NCBI GenBank assembly: GCA_029974275.1
Contig: JARKSN010000032.1
Span: 1 to 13,189 of the forward strand
Source: Candidatus Hydrogenedentota bacterium
GTDB lineage: Bacteria; Hydrogenedentota; Hydrogenedentia; Hydrogenedentales; SLHB01
Direction: 5' to 3'
Length of the DNA: 13,189 nt
Each line of letters begins with the position of its first letter. Positions within the stretch are counted from its first letter, which is position 1. The translations under genes and the position numbers were made by a program. This document shows positions 8,403 through 13,189 of the stretch, in pieces. The notes beneath the pieces were generated by a model. That model saw nothing but the letters and a program-made list of their open reading frames with translations. It did not search any database and was not told the DNA's origin.

Positions 8403-8978
8403 CTACAAAAATGTAGCGCTGCCGTATGTTTGCGCCTCCGTCACGACAAGATCGACGGGAATGTCGTGCGGCTCGACCGGAATCGTCTCGACGAGACACG
8501 CCTCGTATGCCAAGCCGATGGACGGACCGGCATGGCGCGCCAAGAAACGGTCAAAATAGCCCGCGCCGTACCCAATGCGATACCCGTCGCGCGTGAACGC
8601 GACGCCGGGAACAATCACGACGGCGCCCGGATCGGGATCGTGCGTGCGGCGGCCATCGGGTCCGGGCTCCCAAATGCCGAACGCGCCACGCACAAGGTCC
8701 TCCACCCGCGCAAGTTCCGGCCACACCAGAGTGCGGCCCGGCGCGCATACAGGAACCCGCACCGGACGGCCTTCCTGCAAAAGCCAGCGTATCAGTTCGA
8801 ACGTGTCGACTTCGTTGTCCTTCGACGAGACATAGGTCAACACCTGGGGCGCTTGCCGCACCCACGGCAACGCCGCCACGCGCGCTAAAATAGCCGCGCT
8901 CTTATCACGCGTCGCCGCCGCCGACATGCGCGTGCGGCGTTCGAGGAACAGGGCGCGCATCTCCGGTTTCGTCATCAT
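8403..8978 (-). CDS. ygfA: 5-formyltetrahydrofolate cyclo-ligase (YgfA/Fau family)
   Basis: K..MRALFLERR N-terminus, YVSSKDNEVDT, GAFGIWEP, IVPGVAFTRDGYRIGYGAGYFDRFL and EPHDIPVDLVVTE. Start trimmed to ATG 8978 because the longer ORF overlaps the CHAD gene. Confidence 0.92.
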   Translation of the reverse strand: MMTKPEMRALFLERRTRMSAAATRDKSAAILARVAALPWVRQAPQVLTYVSSKDNEVDTFELIRWLLQEGRPVRVPVCAPGRTLVWPELARVEDLVRGAFGIWEPGPDGRRTHDPDPGAVVIVPGVAFTRDGYRIGYGAGYFDRFLARHAGPSIGLAYEACLVETIPVEPHDIPVDLVVTEAQTYGSATFL

Positions 8979-9039
8979 CCTGCGCCCGCAAGCGGAAAGA
9001 CCCGGCGCACGCCCCCCGATCCTTCGCGGTCCATTCTTC

Positions 9040-9981
9040 TCACTCTCCGTAGGCGGCTTCGAGCTGTTGATCGGCGGGCGCGGCGTCGCGGCAACACGCC
9101 CACGTCGGTTCCTCGAAAAAGGCCCGCGTCTCGTGCGCGCGTTCTGCGGCGAAAAAACGCGTCCCCAACTCGCCAAATGCGCGAAGACAATCCGCCGCCT
9201 CTTGATCGAGTTCGGCGAGAAGCGCCTCCGTGCCCGTGGGGGCCGGGGAAGCGGCAGCCAGCACGCGGCGGACATGGTCCCGCGCAAGACGCCGGTCGTT
9301 CCACGTTCCCAGGAGGTCTTGCAGTTCCTTCAGGGCAGCGACGAAAACGTCCATCCGCTCTTCGTACAGCGGCACATACAATTCGCAGGCATACCGAAGC
9401 TTTTTCAGGCAAATGCGAATGCAGTGAAGCGTTTCCTCGGAAGGCATGCCGCGCCACAGCAAATACACGGCGCGCGCTCCGGAATAGCGCCGGCAAAGCG
9501 CGCGCGCCGCTTCCTTGAGATAACAGGTCCGCGGCGGCCTCATCCCCAAAAACAAATCCACCAGCGCGAGTTCGAATTCGCGGAAAGCAGCCGCGGACGC
9601 GCCCTCTGCAACGGAGTTTGATAGGGCTTTGCGCTCGGCGCGCAACCGGCGCAATGCGACGGCAAGCGCCGCCCGAACAGAACCATCGCGCCGCCGCCGC
9701 CGTTTTTCGAGCAGCGCTATCGTGACGTCCAACTCGCGCGGCTTTCCCAGAGCTTTCGTGATGGCGCGCGCGCGCTGCGTCACGGGACGACGCGTCCCCC
9801 CCATAAAGACCTTCCTGTGGGCGACAAGAGCGGCCCGCAAACGGCGCGACGCCACGCGCAGATCATGGATGCCGTCCGGGTCTTCGGCGCGCGCCGCTTC
9901 GATAGAGGCATGCACCATGGCCGCCCGCGCCCGCACCAGCCGTGACGCCGCCTCCAGCGCCAACACGCACCGCTTCGCCAT
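9040..9981 (-). CDS. CHAD-domain protein (polyphosphate-binding)
   Basis: Both CHAD half-repeats are present: DPDGIHDLRVASRRLRA...LGKPRELDV and EETLHCIRICLKKLRYACE...LKELQDLLGTWND. The protein is very Arg-rich and helical. Confidence 0.9.
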   Translation of the reverse strand: MAKRCVLALEAASRLVRARAAMVHASIEAARAEDPDGIHDLRVASRRLRAALVAHRKVFMGGTRRPVTQRARAITKALGKPRELDVTIALLEKRRRRRDGSVRAALAVALRRLRAERKALSNSVAEGASAAAFREFELALVDLFLGMRPPRTCYLKEAARALCRRYSGARAVYLLWRGMPSEETLHCIRICLKKLRYACELYVPLYEERMDVFVAALKELQDLLGTWNDRRLARDHVRRVLAAASPAPTGTEALLAELDQEAADCLRAFGELGTRFFAAERAHETRAFFEEPTWACCRDAAPADQQLEAAYGE

Positions 9982-10020
9982 CGCTCGTTCCCTTCGCGCA
10001 CCGCGCCCGGCTGGAGAAAA

Positions 10021-10761
10021 TCAGTCCATGCCTTCCACCACCGGGCCCTCGGGAGCGCTGATCACGGCCTCGGTCTCCTTCAAATCCAGCAACGACCGCA
10101 CGCGCTTGCGCAGCCGCTGTTGCACCGTCATCACCGAGCCATGCGCGCTCACCTTCGTCATCTCGAACTCCTTGGTCATCTTCGCAAAAGCGCGAATCAT
10201 GCGTTTCTGATAGCGCATGAAACTGTCGTACAGATTATCGGCAAGGTTCATGTCCATGCCGCACTCCCAGAACCCCAGTTTTTCGGCCTTGAGGGCCCGC
10301 TCGGCCAGCACGTCGAGGTCCACCTCCAGATACAGGGTCAAGTGCGGAACAAGCGCAAACGAATACGCCTTGCGCAACCACTGCGCGTTGAGTCCGCGCA
10401 CGCCGTACCGCGCGAAAATCGTATAGATGTAGCGATCGGCCAGCACGATGAATCCCCCCTGCAACGCCGGCACGATGGCGCGCTCGAGTCGGTCCGCCAA
10501 ATCCGTGGCGTAAAACAACGCGAGGGTGCGCCGTCCGATTTCATGGCCTCTTTTGGCTTTTGTGAGGCCGATTTCGGTCAATTCCGATCGGCACAACGAC
10601 GTCGTGACCACGCCATAGCCGAGATTCTCGAGCCATTCCTGCAGCAGCCGAATTTGCGTGCTTCGCCCCACGCAATCCGGTCCTTCCAGCACGATAAGAC
10701 GCCCCTGCAGATCCACGTTTCGCAGCGTGGGAATGCCCGCTCCGAAATAGTGCGCTTTCAT
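10021..10761 (-). CDS. Thymidylate-kinase-like P-loop protein with degenerate Walker A; putative regulatory subunit of a PPK3-type polyphosphate kinase
   Basis: LIVLEGPDCVGRST (Arg at the catalytic Lys position), ATDLADRLE, IVLADRYIYT and ECGMDMNL. Paralogous to the upstream gene, with an ATGA overlap. Confidence 0.8.
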   Translation of the reverse strand: MKAHYFGAGIPTLRNVDLQGRLIVLEGPDCVGRSTQIRLLQEWLENLGYGVVTTSLCRSELTEIGLTKAKRGHEIGRRTLALFYATDLADRLERAIVPALQGGFIVLADRYIYTIFARYGVRGLNAQWLRKAYSFALVPHLTLYLEVDLDVLAERALKAEKLGFWECGMDMNLADNLYDSFMRYQKRMIRAFAKMTKEFEMTKVSAHGSVMTVQQRLRKRVRSLLDLKETEAVISAPEGPVVEGMD

Positions 10762-11453
10762 GCCTTCTTCCTCCCGGCCGGCCGCATCTTCTTTTCCTTG
10801 ATCTTTTCGAGAACCACCTTGCGGATGCGTCGCTGCTGTTTCTCGATGGGATGATCGCCGTGAACCACGACAAGCCCGTACTCATTCACCAACTTGTCGT
10901 ATTCCTCCATGATCCGGGCCTGAAACTTCAGAAAGCTTTCGGCGGGATCGCGGCTCAGCCCGAGATCCATGCCCGCCTCGTAATACTTGAGGCCCGCTCG
11001 ACCTCGGAAAATGCGCTGCACCGCGGTCTGCAGCGGAACGCGAAAATAAAACGCCAGATCAGGCTGCACCGCGAAACTATACAGATCGCGCACATACTCC
11101 GGGGCCACCCCGCGCACCACATCGCGCGAAAACGCCGTCCACACATACCGGTCGGCCAACACAATCATGCCCGCCTGAAGCGGCGGGATAATGGCGCGTT
11201 CGAGCCGATCCGAAAAATCGGTGGCATGGATCAACGCAAACGTCAGCGGCGTGAGAATCTGCTTGGTCTTGCCCAGCTTCGTCGTCTTTTTCACGAGTTT
11301 CGACGAATTCCACTCCGTGAAAAACAGGTCGTATCCCTCCTGGATCAACCAAGACCGCATGAGATCCAGTTGGGTGGACTTGCCCGAGCCGTCCACTCCC
11401 TCTACGACAATCAGCATGCCGGGGTACTCATGTGGCGAACGCAAACCGGACAT
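10758..11453 (-). CDS. Thymidylate-kinase-like P-loop protein with intact Walker A; putative catalytic subunit of a PPK3-type polyphosphate kinase
   Basis: LIVVEGVDGSGKST, TEWNSS, ATDFSDRLE, VLADRYVWT, PDLAFYF and YYEAGMDLGLS. Strong SD AAGGAGGT precedes ATG 11453. Confidence 0.82.
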   Translation of the reverse strand: MSGLRSPHEYPGMLIVVEGVDGSGKSTQLDLMRSWLIQEGYDLFFTEWNSSKLVKKTTKLGKTKQILTPLTFALIHATDFSDRLERAIIPPLQAGMIVLADRYVWTAFSRDVVRGVAPEYVRDLYSFAVQPDLAFYFRVPLQTAVQRIFRGRAGLKYYEAGMDLGLSRDPAESFLKFQARIMEEYDKLVNEYGLVVVHGDHPIEKQQRRIRKVVLEKIKEKKMRPAGRKKA

Positions 11454-11524
11454 ACCGTCACCTCCTTGCGCAAACCGTCCGCACTCCTGCCGTCCTGCCC
11501 AACGGGGAAAAGCGTCCGGATTTC

Positions 11525-12445
11525 TTACCCGTGCGGCCTATGGATGCCGATCAGATACCCGGCCCCGAAACAGGCCGCGCCAAGCAACAGCGAAATGATC
11601 AGCCACGCGATGTGCGTCCCGCGGCGTTCCCACATCGCCAAAAAACGACTCCGCAGCCACGTGAGCAGACTCGGCTCGAGCAAGGCCACGATAACGGTGA
11701 TATTGTCCTTGCCGCCGTTGTCGTTGGCCAGGTTGACCAACCGGGACGCGATTTCCGCCGGCCTGCCGCCTTTCTTGAATTCAGCGGCGATCTCCGAATC
11801 CTTCGCCATGTTGACCAAGCCGTCGGTGCACAACAACAGCATATCGCCGGGAACCGTGTCCCAGGCGTACCCGTCCACGTCAACCGCCTCATGGGTTCCG
11901 ATGCACCGCGTCACGAAATTGCGCCGCGCGTCCGACTCTGCCTCGGACTTCGTCATGAAGCCCGCCTTGACCTGCTCATCCACCCACGAATGATCCTCGG
12001 TCTTGTCGACGATCTCGCCGTTTCGCAGGTGATAGCAGCGCGAATCGCCAACGTTTGCGATATGCGCCCGGCGCGGCTGCACGACCGCCGCCAGGAAGGT
12101 GGTCCCCATGGGACGCCCCGCCTTTACCAGTTCACTGTTGGTTTGGAAAATGCTCGCGTTGGCTTTCTTGATCCATTCCAGCAAAACCGGCAGCGGACTT
12201 GGGGCGGCATCGGGCGCGTCCGGCTCCGCGGGCGGTTGCCTGAGGGCATCCTTCACGATAGCGACGGAAAGCCTGCTCGCAATCTCGCCGCCCGTGTGAC
12301 CGCCCAGCCCATCGGCCACGCACAGCATCGCCCCTTCCTCAAACAACCGCAACCCCGGCACATCCTCGCGAAACACGCCGTAGCTGTCTTCGTTGTTCCG
12401 TTTTTTTCGCCCGACATCCGTTTGTGCCGCGATATCGATCCGCAT
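11525..12445 (-). CDS. PP2C/PPM-family Ser/Thr protein phosphatase (Stp1/PrpC-like) with a C-terminal transmembrane helix
   Basis: TDVGRKKRNNEDS, VADGLGGHTGGEIAS, MGTT, ANVGDSRCY, TEDHSWV, LLLCTDGL and GGKDNITV. Hydrophobic tail IAWLIISLLLGAACFGAGYLIGI. Confidence 0.94.
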   Translation of the reverse strand: MRIDIAAQTDVGRKKRNNEDSYGVFREDVPGLRLFEEGAMLCVADGLGGHTGGEIASRLSVAIVKDALRQPPAEPDAPDAAPSPLPVLLEWIKKANASIFQTNSELVKAGRPMGTTFLAAVVQPRRAHIANVGDSRCYHLRNGEIVDKTEDHSWVDEQVKAGFMTKSEAESDARRNFVTRCIGTHEAVDVDGYAWDTVPGDMLLLCTDGLVNMAKDSEIAAEFKKGGRPAEIASRLVNLANDNGGKDNITVIVALLEPSLLTWLRSRFLAMWERRGTHIAWLIISLLLGAACFGAGYLIGIHRPHG

Positions 12446-13189
12446 ACGACCCCTCTGCCGCGCATGCCCGACGCGCGTGTCCTCTCACACGCCACTATAC
12501 CCTTTCCGGGCGAAGCTGTGCGAACTCGCGCCCCCGGCGCCATGCGCGCAGCGGATCCGCGGCGTTTCGGTCGCATTCCCCCTTGTCGGAACGCTACGCC
12601 CAACAACAGCCGAACCGCCGCCCGTCGTGCACTCAATACCCGGCATTTTATATGCCCCTCCGGCAGGCTTTTGACGGTTGTCCGCCCGACGCGGTTTGAA
12701 AACCGCCCCGCCGGTATGCTACCGTTTCCCTGCGCCAAAACGCACGCGTACCCGTAGCTCAATGGATAGAGTACTTGGCTACGGACCAAGGGGTTGGGGG
12801 TTCGAGTCCCTCCGGGTACGCCATTCCCCTCTCTTGCCCCATCTTGCAAACCCTTGTCTTTATTGGCCGAAATGCGATCTGTATCATCTGTTACGCTGTT
12901 ATGGATAAATGCCTCTTCATTGCCAAATTTTGCCTCGCTGCACCACGTTTTGCCGGATTTTGGTGCAACCGTTGGGGCAACCAAATTCGCCGCCTTTTGG
13001 GCAAGTAGCCCCGGGTTCTCGCCGCAAAAATCCGGCAACTTGCCCACGGCGTCCGCCGTGTCAATCAGCGTAAGGTGCGTGTAGATATTCGCCGTCAAAG
13101 TCGGCGTGCTGTGCCGCATGGCCTTTTGCGCCACCTGCAACGATACGCCCGCTTTTGCCAACATTGTGCCAAAGGTGTGACGCAATGCG
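12253..13189 (-). CDS. Tyrosine recombinase/integrase, C-terminal catalytic part (5' end beyond the window); the frame stays open through the tRNA to a stop at 12253
   Basis: (H)ALRHTFGTMLAKAGVSLQVAQKAMRHSTPTLTANIYTH is box II of tyrosine recombinases, with HxxR, a second His and the catalytic Tyr. Integrase-like sequence ends at about 13030; the extension past the tRNA is probably non-native. Confidence 0.88.
   Translation of the reverse strand, partial: ALRHTFGTMLAKAGVSLQVAQKAMRHSTPTLTANIYTHLTLIDTADAVGKLPDFCGENPGLLAQKAANLVAPTVAPKSGKTWCSEAKFGNEEAFIHNSVTDDTDRISANKDKGLQDGAREGNGVPGGTRTPNPLVRSQVLYPLSYGYACVLAQGNGSIPAGRFSNRVGRTTVKSLPEGHIKCRVLSARRAAVRLLLGVAFRQGGMRPKRRGSAARMAPGARVRTASPGKGIVACERTRASGMRGRGVVCGSISRHKRMSGEKNGTTKTATACFARMCRGCGCLRKGRCCAWPMGWAVTRAARLRAGFPSLS
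12696..12725 (+). promoter_or_regulatory. Possible promoter for tRNA-Arg
   Basis: TTGAAA (12696-12701), 18 nt, then TACCGT (12720-12725) with an extended -10 TGn, 22 nt upstream of the tRNA. Confidence 0.3.
12748..12823 (+). tRNA. tRNA-Arg (anticodon ACG)
   Basis: 76-nt cloverleaf: acceptor GTACCCG/CGGGTAC plus G and encoded CCA; D arm GCTC-AATGGATA-GAGT; anticodon arm CTTGG-CT ACG GA-CCAAG; T arm GGGGG-TTCGAGT-CCCTC. Confidence 0.98.
12824..13189. mobile_element. Left end of an integrative element (genomic island/prophage/ICE) inserted at tRNA-Arg(ACG)
   Basis: An integrase points toward the tRNA 3' end, GC content visibly drops after the CCA, and there are att-arm-like repeats at 12910-12982. 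Confidence 0.8.

Noticed and set aside
5825..8416. Long plus-strand ORFs 5825-7132 (435 aa) and 7169-8416 (415 aa)
   Set aside because: These are antisense shadows of ackA and pta, expected from high-GC codon bias, and have no recognisable motifs.
8283..8888. Plus-strand 201-aa ORF starting in the pta-ygfA gap
   Set aside because: It is mostly antisense to ygfA, with no SD and no recognisable domain.
8979..9039. Possible 6S RNA (ssrS), often found upstream of ygfA
   Set aside because: The gap between CHAD and ygfA is only about 60 nt, far shorter than a 6S RNA (about 180 nt).
10021..11453. Calling the two P-loop genes ordinary tmk duplicates
   Set aside because: Both lack the REPGG motif, one has a degenerate Walker A, and the context is CHAD/polyP rather than holB. 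The gene symbol tmk was withheld.
12494..12524. TATAGT -10-like box on the minus strand upstream of the PP2C gene
   Set aside because: It is plausible, but there is no convincing -35 at correct spacing, so it is too weak to list as a feature.
10120..12757. Plus-strand ORFs 10120-10854, 10851-11993 and 11432-12757
   Set aside because: They lie antisense to well-supported minus-strand genes and have low-information sequence with no domain signatures.
12746..12823. Extended acceptor pairing (GC at -2/-1 complementary to G73-C74) and G37 in tRNA-Arg(ACG)
   Set aside because: Two extra base pairs are likely by chance in GC-rich DNA, and G37 occurs in ACG tRNAs of various bacteria. This is not evidence of an unusual tRNA.
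1..13189. CRISPR array, rRNA or IS transposase
   Set aside because: I saw no regularly spaced repeat-spacer units, rRNA-like sequence or transposase motifs.

Overview
High-GC bacterial chromosomal window, almost entirely minus-strand. From left to right it holds: (i) the start of a surface-polysaccharide operon (two GT4 glycosyltransferases, a GmhA-like SIS sugar-phosphate isomerase, a priming sugar transferase and a partial NAD-dependent epimerase/dehydratase), with a divergent GT2 glycosyltransferase; (ii) pdxH; (iii) a pta-ackA operon with its own promoter and terminator; (iv) a co-oriented cluster of a membrane-anchored PP2C phosphatase, two tandem thymidylate-kinase-like P-loop proteins, a CHAD polyphosphate-binding protein and 5-formyl-THF cyclo-ligase; and (v) tRNA-Arg(ACG), followed by the edge of an integrated element with a tyrosine integrase. 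The most notable candidate system is the tandem 'Tmk' pair plus CHAD. It looks like a heteromeric (catalytic plus degenerate subunit) polyphosphate kinase module of the PPK3 type, lying directly upstream of pta-ackA. Also notable: the integrase frame has no stop before the tRNA and reads through it antisense, so att probably lies inside the int gene; AckA has a Cys-rich insertion; and the polysaccharide operon probably has a leaderless mRNA. All calls come from motif recognition by eye, and no database searches were run.
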